From NCBI GenBank assembly GCA_009103225.1, contig RHPI01000277.1, positions 82,652 to 146,651 on the forward strand: DNA of 64,000 nucleotides. The letters run 5' to 3'. Of the stretch, positions 11,298 through 24,296 are shown piece by piece. The notes below the pieces were generated by a model. The model had not been told where the DNA came from and did not search any database. It worked only from the letters and a program-made list of their open reading frames with translations. Each line of letters begins with the position of its first letter. The first letter of the stretch is position 1. The position numbers and the translations under genes were made by a program. Source of the stretch: Chlorokybus atmophyticus (taxonomy: Eukaryota; Plantae; Mesostigma and Chlorokybus algae).

Positions 11298-13810
11298 NNN
11301 NNNNNNNNNNNNNNNNNNNNNNNNNNNNNNNNNNNNNNNNNNNNNNNNNNNNNNNNNNNNNNNNNNNNNNNNNNNNNNNNNNNNNNNNNNNNNNNNNNNN
11401 NNNNNNNNNNNNNNNNNNNNNNNNNNNNNNNNNNNNNNNNNNNNNNNNNNNNNNNNNNNNNNNNNNNNNNNNNNNNNNNNNNNNNNNNNNNNNNNNNNNN
11501 NNNNNNNNNNNNNNNNNNNNNNNNNNNNNNNNNNNNNNNNNNNNNNNNNNNNNNNNNNNNNNNNNNNNNNNNNNNNNNNNNNNNNNNNNNNNNNNNNNNN
11601 NNNNNNNNNNNNNNNNNNNNNNNNNNNNNNNNNNNNNNNNNNNNNNNNNNNNNNNNNNNNNNNNNNNNNNNNNNNNNNNNNNNNNNNNNNNNNNNNNNNN
11701 NNNNNNNNNNNNNNNNNNNNNNNNNNNNNNNNNNNNNNNNNNNNNNNNNNNNNNNNNNNNNNNNNNNNNNNNNNNNNNNNNNNNNNNNNNNNNNNNNNNN
11801 NNNNNNNNNNNNNNNNNNNNNNNNNNNNNNNNNNNNNNNNNNNNNNNNNNNNNNNNNNNNNNNNNNNNNNNNNNNNNNNNNNNNNNNNNNNNNNNNNNNN
11901 NNNNNNNNNNNNNNNNNNNNNNNNNNTCCCGTCTCTGTCTCACCGCTTGGTGTAGAGCTCTCGCGCAAGTCGGGGGCTGCGCAATGCGAGCCCGGTGGCC
12001 CGTAGTGCTAGTGTTACTTCTACAACTACAACCACTAGTGGTATACCTGCTACGTAGCAGGAGTATCATTCAACGAATGATTGTTAGTAGTGTACATCAA
12101 ATGCAGGACATGCATGCGCATGCATAACGTGTAGTTCAGTCAGCAATGTACTACCAGTGATGGACAGGACTGGAAGTAGTAAAATCCGTACTGCGACTAG
12201 TAGTTAAGCCTGTACTACTAGTCGTAGGCTGATCATCCTCAGAGTGCTGTACTACTAACAGCAGGCTGCAAGGGGCTTCCATCATTCTCCTCATGAACCT
12301 AGTCATATGCAACATCAACGTGCAGGGCAAGGATCTCTCTCGCTCTCTTACATGCAGGCAGGAAGCGCGGCCGACTGTAACACAGCATTGCCGCTACGCC
12401 TCCTCGTCATGATGATCCCAGAATGGAGTGCGACTGAGCTGCTGCGAGGCTCGCGATGATGACCTCATTATGGCCATGTTATCCATACTTGTATGGCAAC
12501 ATGCCGCAAGCCGTCGACCTGTGGCTTTTGATGATTAGACTGGAAGCTTGACGCTGGTTTGATGCATGTGCACGCGTGTGTCTGCAGTGACAGCCCAACC
12601 AACAAGGATGTACTAACTGTAGAAAGGGGGCAGAGGTCTTAGTCGTTCGACAACTAAGATCTGTTGATGGTTCTGCTTTGCGGACATTGCGACTACGTGG
12701 GCTACCTGCTCTGTTGCACCTTACCGCTGCTTTTCAACACACACGCACGCACACATGCATGGCACGCGTGCGCATGGGCTACCCTGTGTGTCTGAGGCAT
12801 AGGGGGGGGCACGGTGTCTGGCATGCACACGCACTCGTAGCCCAGAGGGCGTCAGGCTCGCACACTGCAGAGACACTGCATGGCGCAGCACTGCCGCACC
12901 ATCGCTCACCTGCCAGGCAGTGCGAGGTGAGGTTGTTCTGAGTCTGGCAAAAGGCAAGGTAATTTCGGGTGCAATCCCAAGACTCTTATGCACAGCACTG
13001 TACATGAAAGTTGCTGCATACCGCCCGCCCCCCCCNNNNNNNNNNNNNNNNNNNNNNNNNNNNNNNNNNNNNNNNNNNNNNNNNNNNNNNNNNNNNNNNN
13101 NNNNNNNNNNNNNNNNNNNNNNNNNNNNNNNNNNNNNNNNNNNNNNNNNNNNNNNNNNNNNNNNNNNNNNNNNNNNNNNNNNNNNNNNNNNNNNNNNNNN
13201 NNNNNNNNNNNNNNNNNNNNNNNNNNNNNNNNNNNNNNNNNNNNNNNNNNNNNNNNNNNNNNNNNNNNNNNNNNNNNNNNNNNNNGGTGGTGTGTGCCCC
13301 CCCCCCTTCCTCCCAAGCGCGCGCGCGCGTTCACACACGAACGCATGCAAAAGTACACTGGCTGTTCAACGGCTGACACAATGGTGTGCTGCGGCACTAG
13401 TGGTGATTGTTGGTGGCAGAGAGTGGAGAGCGCTGGGCTTTCAAAAGACAAAGCCATGACTGGAGCGTAGTCTTCGCATCTGGCAATTACAATAAAAGCC
13501 GTGCCCAAGTGGGTGCGGTCGTGTTGTGTTTAAGTGAAGCACATGAAAGCAGCGGACAAGTCCAAGTGTAGTCTAAGTGAGGTTGCCAGCAGCTACAACA
13601 TGGGAGGAGCGAGGGGGCGTGCGTGCATGGTTGTGTTTGTGAGCGTGTGCGTGCAGGTGTGTAGACTCTACACTTAGTGACTGATGTAGCTGTAACAGGC
13701 GTGCGTGTGCATGGGTGGGTGCACGCGCGCATGCTGTGTTTGGGGGAGGGGGNGCTCATGCGCTTCAATGTGCGTGTATGTATATATATATAGGCCTTCA
13801 CCTTACAGCG
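8865..13810 (+). pseudogene. Array copy 2 (decayed LRR-like gene)
   Basis: Landmarks at 9086, 10700, 11051, 12275; fragments such as QLQLVDRWEALLVPTGLLRLS; no intact ORF. Confidence 0.55.
11200..11297. repeat. (GA)n microsatellite running into a gap
   Basis: Direct observation. Confidence 0.95.
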
Positions 13811-16182
13811 GCACCTTGATCACGTGATGGCTATGAAAGCCATTGCAAGCACAATATATGCCAATCGTTGTATGTGAACTATTGAGAGCTCATTTAAGGT
13901 CATCATGATGCATCGCTTGACACGTTGCAAGCAATCCTAAACATCATTCATTTGTGTATTGCGAGTTTTAAATTCAAATCACATGTAAACCTTGGAATGT
14001 TATTAGGTAATGAGATATATTAACAATTATATAATGGTTGACCGTGAACAATGTAAGTCTTTAGCATATTGCATAAGCAAGGTTAGGTGCAACCAGAAGC
14101 TTGCAATGGCAACATGAATACGTAAAGAGTAATGTTATACGAACAAACAATATAAAAATATAATATAAATATAAAAATTTCCTTGGTTGTTATATGGATG
14201 ATTCTTGAGCTAGTACAATTTAAAGCATAGCGCTTACAACATATCATAAACATATGAAGTTCAACTAAAAAACTTGTTTGTAAAATCGTTGAATGTGTAA
14301 ACCAGCGACAGCTTTGATGCAATTTAACATACCATGCATCAAGTGGCGTGTATTCCATGTAATAAATTGCATAATAAGTAATTAAATCGCAAATGTGAAT
14401 TATGTGTTAATGTTCAATCTATTGAAAGTAACGATATGTAGTTGTAACCCCCATTGTAAAGCACTGTTTACAACGGTAGCGTATTTACAAGTGTCATCGT
14501 TTACAACGTTTGACTTGCTCATAATTCATGTGCAACATGTACATGCTTGTTTTCAATATTGTGTGACAAAAGAGTTTTTCATCCTCTTCTTAAAATTACT
14601 AATACGGTAACGTGACCTGATCATAGTAAGCTTGATCGCAACACAATCAAGCCAATAATTGTCGGTAATACGACCAGTATAATTAAAAGTTGCAATTATG
14701 CATTGCAACCATATTGATTCGTCAAGGGGAATGAGATTAGTAACTTGCAACATGGGATTTATGCCTTGCTTTTGCATGCCAACCACACGATCGAAACGGA
14801 TCTGTCCCTGATTAGTGTCAGCCTACACTTTTCAGCTTGCAAAGGCTGTGCTATTAGCGCGGTTTGAAAAACCGCGCCTACAGCGCTATCATCAGGTCGT
14901 TATTGCTTCGCAATTACCGAGGTGACTTAGGGCAGGTCGCTGCCAACTTTTTGCCATCAACGGGACAACACGGAGTATGCGTACATAAGCCCAAATTCGC
15001 AAGGCTTGCATTGCCGCAGTTTGCGCAAGGCCAGTGTGAGTGTGGCGCTGTGTGAGTCAGGCTTGTCGCTGGCTTGCGAGGCGACTGGAAACGGTGCCGG
15101 CGGTTTGCGTGCCACAAGATGGGTGAGGAGCAGCTTCAGCTCATGGGCACACCAGACTGGAGGTGCTGCTTCAGTTGGTGTCAGTTGGTCTGGTCCGTCT
15201 TTGTCTTAGAGTGCAGTCAAACAGCCTTGCGTGCATGCTTCTGACTAAGACTCTGACTACTACTGTTGCCGTGAGCGGTTTCTTGTGGGCTCTGGTGGCC
15301 GCTCAACTGTGCGACTTTGCCTCCGTCATCTGCGTATACCAGCAGCACGCCTTCGTGTCCGCTGACATGCTGCCTTTTTTTGCTCTTGACACCATGGTCG
15401 CAGCAGCACACGAGACAGCTTGTGCAAGTGTCTAGTCCAATATGTGTAAAGAAAAACGGAATTCTGCATAGCTTAGCGGTTTTAATCCATTCATTGAGTA
15501 TCGGTGAGCTACGCTTACTGCAGCTGTGAACTGCAGCTTGGCAAGTCAGAAACTATTACAGTGTACTGCTACCGTTGCAGTGTGCATCGCGGCCATCAAG
15601 CTGTTTTGCATGTGCGTGAGGCGAGGAGTGCTGAGCACGATTGCGTGCACCTACTCAGGTCAGCGAGGTCCGGTGCTGCGCCACGTCACGCAGTGTGGGG
15701 AGCGAGTGCACAGTGTGCGCTCAGTGATCAGTTACGCACAGACGCATGTGTTGTGCATATGCGTGCGAGTCTGGCTGGGTGTTTGCGCATGTGTGTGGGG
15801 ACTATACGATGCGGTGAGGTCGTCTTGTTGCATGCCGCCTGGTGCGGCTAACCAGGTACTTAGCCCGCACAGTTGTAGCATTGACAGCTGGGTGGCAGAA
15901 TCATCAGCATATATTGATATTTTCCGCTGCCACAGGTATTGTAAGTACATGGTTGGGCTGAGTTCAGAAGCCGTATGCGCGTAAGCATTTTACCAACCGC
16001 CGGGAAAGGGACTGGAGTGCAAGCGATGCTGATAGCAACTGTAAGCGGTGATGCGGTCGTTGTCGCTGAGTGGTGCTGGGTGGCCGCAACTACAGTTGAG
16101 CTAGTAGCTCGACGGCAGCAATGCATTTTGTGCTGGCGATACCAATTGTATATTCTGCAAATGGTGTTATTGGCAAGCCTAG

Positions 16183-16221
16183 TAACAGTCTTACTAGCGT
16201 TGAACGCTAGTAAGACTGTTA
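16183..16221. repeat. Perfect inverted repeat, 19-bp arms, 1-nt spacer; overlaps an 8-bp direct repeat TAGTAACA (16180-16187 and 16227-16234)
   Basis: taacagtcttactagcgtt-g-aacgctagtaagactgtta; other copies read straight through without this insert. Confidence 0.95.
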
Positions 16222-16308
16222 GACTGTAGTAACACAGCTGTTTGCTGATGGTCCAACTGAGGGAGCAATGTTGGAAGCTGCAGATTGTGGCTCAATGACA
16301 GCTAACTG

Positions 16309-16359
16309 TTGATGTCAGCTGATAGTAGCACAATTTGTGCTACTATCAGCTGACATCAA
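16309..16359. repeat. Perfect inverted repeat, 25-bp arms, 1-nt spacer
   Basis: ttgatgtcagctgatagtagcacaa-t-ttgtgctactatcagctgacatcaa; private to copy 3. Confidence 0.95.
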
Positions 16360-17885
16360 GCTGCCGTTAAATTATGGCAAGTGCTGCTCCGATAGCATAC
16401 AACACAGCTGTTTGAAGGTGTGTGACCGAGCTTGCCCCATCCTACGCACATGATTTGACCACTGGTTGCCTTTCGTGGGTGTAAATTGTGTTTACGCTCG
16501 CAAAGACGCATGATGGTTCTGGTTGGCAGGTTCTGCATTGTAACTGCAACACCTTGTCTGTTGCAGGTGTACAGGTGCACTGCAGGCAAGTGCTTACGCA
16601 GGCTTGAAGCCCTCTGCAGCATTGCTAATGCTTCACCGTTACCAACCACTGGTAGCACTGAACGCAACAACTGCTTACTTCAGAAAGTAACGAATGGCAG
16701 ACACCGTACTAGTTGGCTTGCTGATGGGTTGTTGGTGACCTTCTTGACCCCCTGCCACTCGTATTGTGCGCAAAGAGAGTCAGAGTTCAGGTTGCTTCAT
16801 GCTTGCGTCAGCCTTCACATCTGCAGCAAGTCCTCCCACAAGCTTTATGCGAATCGTTGTACTCGCCTGGCAATGAGGAATGGCTGGGCGTCTGTTCAGC
16901 GTTATGGTTTGGCAACACCATTGCGGGAACGCTTGATGACCAGCTCACCTGGGCCACGTCGCAGGTGTGCAGGTACTACTGCTAGGAGTAGAGCCGTGAA
17001 GTGCTAGCAGTGTACTTCCAACGCGCACATAGTCTCTCCACCCCCTTCCATGTCCGCACAGAGTCATCTCCGCCTTCCCCCCTCCCCGAAATACACACAT
17101 TGCACGCACGCATGCACGCACTGGCATACACATTGCATACATGTGCACGCGTGCACACATAAGACAGATTTTGAGAAAGAGAGGAGAGGGGGAGGGGGAG
17201 GGGNNNNNNNNNNNNNNNNNNNNNNNNNNNNNNNNNNNNNNNNNNNNNNNNNNNNNNNNNNNNNNNNNNNNNNNNNNNNNNNNNNNNNNNNNNNNNNNNN
17301 NNNNNNNNNNNNNNNNNNNNNNNNNNNNNNNNNNNNNNNNNNNNNNNNNNNNNNNNNNNNNNNNNNNNNNNNNNNNNNNNNNNNNNNNNNNNNNNNNNNN
17401 NNNNNNNNNNNNNNNNNNNNNNNNNNNNNNNNNNNNNNNNNNNNNNNNNNNNNNNNNNNNNNNNNNNNNNNNNNNNNNNNNNNNNNNNNNNNNNNNNNNN
17501 NNNNNNNNNNNNNNNNNNNNNNNNNNNNNNNNNNNNNNNNNNNNNNNNNNNNNNNNNNNNNNNNNNNNNNNNNNNNNNNNNNNNNNNNNNNNNNNNNNNN
17601 NNNNNNNNNNNNNNNNNNNNNNNNNNNNNNNNNNNNNNNNNNNNNNNNNNNNNNNNNNNNNNNNNNNNNNNNNNNNNNNNNNNNNNNNNNNNNNNNNNNN
17701 NNNNNNNNNNNNNNNNNNNNNNNNNNNNNNNNNNNNNNNNNNNNNNNNNNNNNGGGGGAATGACTCTTGTGTGCGAGCGCAGTTCGCACTGTGTTCCCCG
17801 CATTCGTTTGGAGTTCTTGCGCACGTACGGGGAACGCACTGCGCATTGCACGCCCGGTGGTTCAGTACTACCAGTCCGGTACTAC

Positions 17886-18174
17886 CAGTAGTGCTAGTAT
17901 TACTAGAACTACTACTGCTAGCAATAGCAGTAGTACTACTGTTGTCAGTACTATCAGTATCAGTGCCTCTGCTACCAGTGTTATTACGAGTAGTAGTGGC
18001 ATTACTGATAGTACAGCCATTAACAAACAGTAGTGCTAGTAGTACTAGAACTACTACTGCCAGAAATAGCAGTAGTACTACTCATATCAGTACTACTAGT
18101 ATCAGTGCCTCTGCTACCAGTGTTATTACTAGTAGTAATAGTGGCAACACTAATTGCACAGCCATTAACAAAAC
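17886..18174 (+). repeat. ~143-bp imperfect tandem duplication within the AGT/ACT-rich tract of copy 3
   Basis: cagtagtgctagta..tactagaactactactgc...tatcagtgcctctgctaccagtgttattac...acagccattaacaaa occurs twice in tandem. Confidence 0.85.
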
Positions 18175-21100
18175 TACCACAACTTCATGTACAGCATCTT
18201 GCATGGGGCTTCCATCGTTGTCATGGTTGTATATTGTTCTCGCAACATGAATGCAGGGGCAAGAAGCTCTCGCTTCAATGCGGACAAGAGGCCCAGCCAA
18301 CTGCGACACCGCATCATACCACAGCCTTGGCATCCCAAGGCGGAATGCACCTGAGCGTGCTGCAAGGCTTACAACGAGCGCCCTGGCCATGTTGACCTGC
18401 AAAGGACGAATGCAACCGTTGCGAAGACAACAGCAGGTACGAGCAGCAGCCAGCGGGTTGTGCATGTAGTAAGGTAAGCTGAACCCTCTTGCCCAAGGTT
18501 TATTGTCGCCCTGATTGTGCTGTCTCAACCTGCCAACACCTGCATGACAACATGCAGCAACAGCGGCCGCCACAACCACGTCTATTGTAGACTGGAGCTT
18601 GGTATTGTCCTGTGAGCGTTCTCCATTGTGTGTACACGCGTGCGTCTGTAGTCAGCCTGACCATCAATAATGTGTGCACTGCAGAAGGACGGGTGTCGTA
18701 GCTATTGTTGATCGCTTGGTGTATGTTGCCACTTTGTTAGTGACCTGTTCTTGCACCTTACTGCTGCTTCTGACACGTGCGCGCACACATTGTTGCCGCA
18801 ATGGGCACGCGCGCACGCACACACGCACATTCGAGCACGTACATGCAAATGTGTGTGGCTGATCATGATCGCATCTAGGCATTTGGGTCAGTGCAAAACA
18901 CCTGACGCACATGCAGGCGCCGCGCATGTGGCACACGCACGCATATGCACATGCATACGCACTCGCGCGCTGCAGGGACGTACAATGCGCCACACAACCG
19001 CACTACCGAGTGAAGTTGCTGCATCATGCACACTCAGACACATACCAGCTGTCGACACAAAGTGGCACATTGCACTCGTCTGCTGCCATAGCAGGGTAGT
19101 TGTGGTTTGCGTGGCCTGCAAAAGCGGTGGTGGGGTCTTCAAAAAAACGTACAACTGCAATCGTAGCCTAGTGTTCGCATGACTAACACAAGACACGACC
19201 ACAACAGTTGTTGCAAACCTTGTTGTGGTCGTGTTGTGTACGGCTGAAGCACATGAGCAGCCGACAAGCCTAAATGAAGTTTAAGCAGCCATACAGCCCA
19301 GCCGCACAAGTTGTGGCTTAAACGTTCGCCAACACCATGTCAATCACCGCCGCAAGGTGCATTGCCGCCGGGTGCGTAAGCACGCCAGCATCACAGCTTG
19401 CCGCAGCCCTAGAATGCTCCCAAGTGTCCTTGGAGTGTATATGAACCTCCAAGACTATTGTGTAGAGGGGTGTGGGCGTGGGTGTTGGCAACACACACCC
19501 ACCCACGTCCGAGTTGCATTCGGCAGAGGGAAAGGCGCCGCGCGCGTGCCTCGGGGGAGGGGGGGGGGGGGGCAACACGCGTGTACAGGATAAAGGGAAG
19601 GATTTTGCTTGTGCCAAGTCCATATGCACACTAGTTGTGTAAGGGTGGGTGTTGGGTGGCCGTATGTACAGGATATATGACGTGCTATTAGACACACGCA
19701 TGCAATGCATCACAACTACTCAAGCATTACATGCACACTAGTGTACATTTCACCGTTGTGTGAGATGGGCATGCGTGGGCGCATGTGTGCATGCGTGTGT
19801 TCATTAGCATGCGCACAATGTGCGTGCGGATATGTAGACTCTACAATGTAGCTTTGAGAAGGCGTGGGCATGGATGGGGTGGGTGCACACATACGTGTGG
19901 CTGCACATGGGCATGGGGGTGGTGTGTGGTTGGTTGGGCGCGGGGGGATGCGTGTGTGCGTGTGTAGATCTTACAGACGTAAGCATCATTTCAGTGCGCA
20001 TGCGCATGCCCGCGCACAGATAGGTCACCAACTAGATTTGTGAGTGCGCGTGCCTGTACGCATGTGCACGCGCTTGTGGCCCCCACTCTAAAATTACTAG
20101 TACAGCAACACCGTCACGCAAAGCTATGTTTAGTTATCCATGCTTATCATACTGCACATGCATACACGCAGTGTGCAAGCACACAACTACACAGCAGCAG
20201 CCGTCAGCACATTGTCCGCTTCCACCGTTGGCGCTGCCGTCTGGACTGGTCCCCAGCTTAAGACTGTCGCCACGACCGCCGCCCCACGGTGTTGGCACAA
20301 TATCGTATTGCATAACAACTCTAATCAAACGGTATGTATTGAAGCGATCGTAATAATAGCATATGTCAGCCGTTGATTGCAAGAGTTTTAAAGTTCTCAA
20401 AGCTTGTCAATGGTCGATAAATATATTAAAAACGTCTTGCATTGATCAGGTGTTGCAATAGTTCACAGATTAACCACGCATCATTAAGTAACTCCTTTTA
20501 TATGTAATCCTAAGCGCTAGCGCTGTAAGGGAACACTGAATGTTACAACATTGCTGCAGTTCATTATAAGTATGAAGTGCAAAAGTAATTATTGCAATAA
20601 TACGCCGCGTTGTTTTGCAATGTATTATTGCAAGTGATGAAGTTCATAAAATGTCAAGCATATTCAATGCAGTATGCAGCTCACCAACGAATTTAATTCC
20701 CCTCAACAATGCCCGTCGATGAGGTACTATGCTTCGAACGTCTTCAATATCATAATCACATCATGTCACCAAATTGAACACTTTGCAATTGATCGACTCT
20801 GGTGACAAAATGTGTATATTAACAATGTACATCAACGGACTGGTTCACAACAAACTTGCCGTCATGCATAAAAGGGCTCACACATCGTGTGAGCATTCAA
20901 TAACATATAAGCCTTAATTGGGTATTAGTATTAAGTAAGTCAAATATTAGAGTTAATATAAAGAAAAAAAGTGCTCGTGTGTTGCAATCTTCTGATTTCA
21001 ATATGTAATTGCGGCGATAAATTGTAAAAATATGCATTAAGACAATATGCATAGCGAATACGACATAGGAGCTCACGTGCACATCTGCCAAAGTTGAGCT

Positions 21101-23220
21101 ACACAAAATGTAATGACATGCCCAATTGCAATATGCGAACAAGTGCACGAGTTTTTTTCCTGTAGGATTTCACATTTATTTCACTTAGGATAGTAACATG
21201 TGTTAATGTATTGAAATGCATTAATACTGCTACTTGAACTCCATGTGTTATAATTGCATGGCATAAACATAAATACTCCATGACTCTTTATTAAGTAATA
21301 TGCACACATAATTATCATTTGCGCTTGTCGCACTACAAGAGTTAAATTGGGACCACAATATACATTTTGCATGCAAAGCTTATGTCTATGACGCAACTCT
21401 GAGGTAGAAGCTAGCATACATACACGTACATTTGCTGCACAGAAGAACTACCAGAGACGGTGCTCGAACCGTGCATGCTGAGAGAATCAATACGCATCAT
21501 GCAGCACGATTGCCGGTAGGGGCAGGTCGCCCCAATTGTCACCATTAATACCCCTGCAATAGCGTCCCCACAAGGGAATACAAGGTCTGTTATACGACTT
21601 TAGTGACAAGCTGCTACCGATATACAAGCCCTAAATTGAAAGCTTGCGCTGCGGCACATTGCGCCAAGCCGTTTAGTGTGGCGTTGTGTGTGTCAGGCGT
21701 CTGTGAGCCGCAGCTTCAGTGGCGGTGTGCATGCCGCAGGGTGAGCGAGGAGCAGCTTCAGCTCGTGGATACGTTGGAGGCGCTGCTTGTGTCGTCTGGT
21801 CTAATCGGTCTCAGAGTGCGTGGTTTGCGCAGGAGAAGGCTGCTTGTTGCTTGCATGCCTGGGTGCATGCTGGTGAGACTTTGACCGAGCTGACGCTTGC
21901 CGTGAGCAATTATCTGAGGTTGTGTGGCCGCTAGGCTGTGTGCGACTTTGCCTCCGTTCTGCGCAGTCAAGCAGCACGCCTTGGTGTCTGCTGGCATGCT
22001 GCAAAATTTGGCAAGCCCTTGACAGCAGGGTCGCAGCAGCACACGAGGCAGCTTGCATGATCAGACACAAGCTGCGCAGCCTGTGTCTGAGTATGTGAGT
22101 GGATTGATGAAAATCGCAATCAGCGGCTTGCATCAACTCACCCAATCAAAACTGCTAAGCTACGCTTACTGCAGCTGTGCATTGCAGCGCCAGGTACTGC
22201 TACCGTCGCAGTAGGGCATTGCGACCATTAAGCTGTCTCGCATGTGCGAAAGGCACCGTGCCGCGATGAGGAGTGCTGAACACAATTGCGTGCGCCACCT
22301 ACTCAGGTCAACGATGAGGGCCGCTGCGCCACACCAGCTTCAGGCAGGAGGGAGTGTGTGCCACGTGCACACTGTGGGAAGTGAGTGTACAGTGTGCACC
22401 CGGGGCCCGATGACGCACAAAGACGCGTGTTGTGCGACTTTATCACAGTACTTGATGCCACCCACCCAGGCTGCTGCGTCAGCATAGGCAGCTCACACTA
22501 TGCACCATCGCTTCCTGAAATGCAAAACTTCAGCGCAGACCGAGTGTTCTCTGCCACAGGTCAATGTGGTTAATCTGATGTCAGAAGCCGTGTCCACACG
22601 CACATGATCAACGGGCAGGGGATGAGAGTGCTGCAAGCTATCCTCATTTAGTAGGAGCTGGCAGTTACAAACGCTGCCATCTGTACGATAGTTTGGTTGG
22701 TAGCTCAATGGGTGACTGCAGCAGCGCTGCGTTGTGTGCTGGCTACAAACATCCTGTTTATAAAAAAGTGTGTTACTGAAAGGTTCACAGCTGCTGAGAC
22801 GTTTCCGACTGCAGGTGGCACCTTTGGAAGCTACACTGTCTGAAACTGCACATGTGGCTCAACGAGCAGCTCAACTGACCACAACTTGTTGCACTGTGGT
22901 AAGTGCTGATGAGGTAGCATATAGCACGTCTGGTTGCAGGTGTGCGACCCAAGCCTTCTCCAAGGTTCACACTTATGAGTCAATCGTTGCCTATGGTGGC
23001 TGTTTATTGTGCTTGGGCATGCAAAGACTCATGCTTGTTTTGCAATGCAACTTCAACAGCTTGCATTGTTTGTTGCGTACAGGTGCGTGCAGGTGTTTGC
23101 GCAGGCTTGAAGTGTTGTGTAGGTTTGTTGCCATTGCTTACATCGTTGGATAGCGCTGAACAACTCGTTGAACTGCTTACTCTGCGACTGACGGATGGCG
23201 CCTACAGACGTGTGCACATA

Positions 23221-23266
23221 TGGTGCGTATTGGCCCTTTTCACGTGAAAAGGGCCAATACGCACCA
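23221..23266. repeat. Perfect 46-bp palindrome (23-bp arms, no spacer) at a deletion junction
   Basis: tggtgcgtattggcccttttcac|gtgaaaagggccaatacgcacca; most of the right arm is the normal unit sequence (aaggccaatacgcacca), and the left arm replaces ~100 bp present in other copies. Confidence 0.97.
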
Positions 23267-24019
23267 CGTAAGGCCCTGAGGCGACAAGCTGCTGCACGTT
23301 GCATTTGCATAGAACGCAACACGCGGCCATAGAACTGCTGTGGAACTTGGTGCCTGGGTCAGTGTCTGCTACCCATATTATCAACGCTGCATGGTGCTTG
23401 CTGACTCCGTTGGACTTGAGCGCATGGTCAGTAACGAGCGTTACGATGCAGGCTGCTACTAACTTGCCGCTGTCCTTGGTATCTGCAGCACGTACTTCCA
23501 CGAATATCGCAGAAAAGCACTGGTCGCTTGGAGGAGTTGGGTGTGTTCAACGCTATGATTGGGCGACACCATTGCGGGAACGCTCAAGGACCAGCTCACC
23601 TTGGTCACCTCGCAGGTGTGCAGATACTGATACAAGGAGTCAATTTGGGAGAAGTGCTCGTAGTAGCAGTGCATTTTCCACGCAGGCACACACGCGTGCA
23701 CACATAGTCTCTCCACCCCTCCACGTCCGCACACAGTCATTGAGAGCGCCTGCATGAACGTTGCACCATCACCATGATGAAAAAGCTAAAATGCCCTGCA
23801 GGATGCCGTTCTACTACTAGTGCTGTCCATTGCTAGTCGTATTAGCGATACTACTAGTACTACTACTACTACTGCTACTAGTACTTTGAGAGTTCGAATG
23901 CTAGTAGCACTACGACGGGCCATGCATACTACGGGCCGCCGGGCGTGCCGTGTGCTCCTCACTTGCGCAAGAGCTCCGCACATGTGGCAGGAAGCGCAGT
24001 GCCAACTGCGATGGCACAC

Positions 24020-24296
<277 letters not shown>

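Larger units (their letters stand above)
14915..20330 (+). pseudogene. Array copy 3 (decayed LRR-like gene; two palindromic insertions, ~250-bp deletion near 16760, ~143-bp tandem duplication)
   Basis: Landmarks at 15119, 16961, 18205; fragments RLEALCSIANASPLPT and RLWLNDS. Confidence 0.55.

Noticed and set aside
17790-17836. GTGTTCCCCGC...CGGGGAAC resembles the type I-E CRISPR repeat
   Set aside because: One occurrence per 6-7 kb unit, no 30-40 nt spacer periodicity, no cas genes, eukaryotic intronic context.
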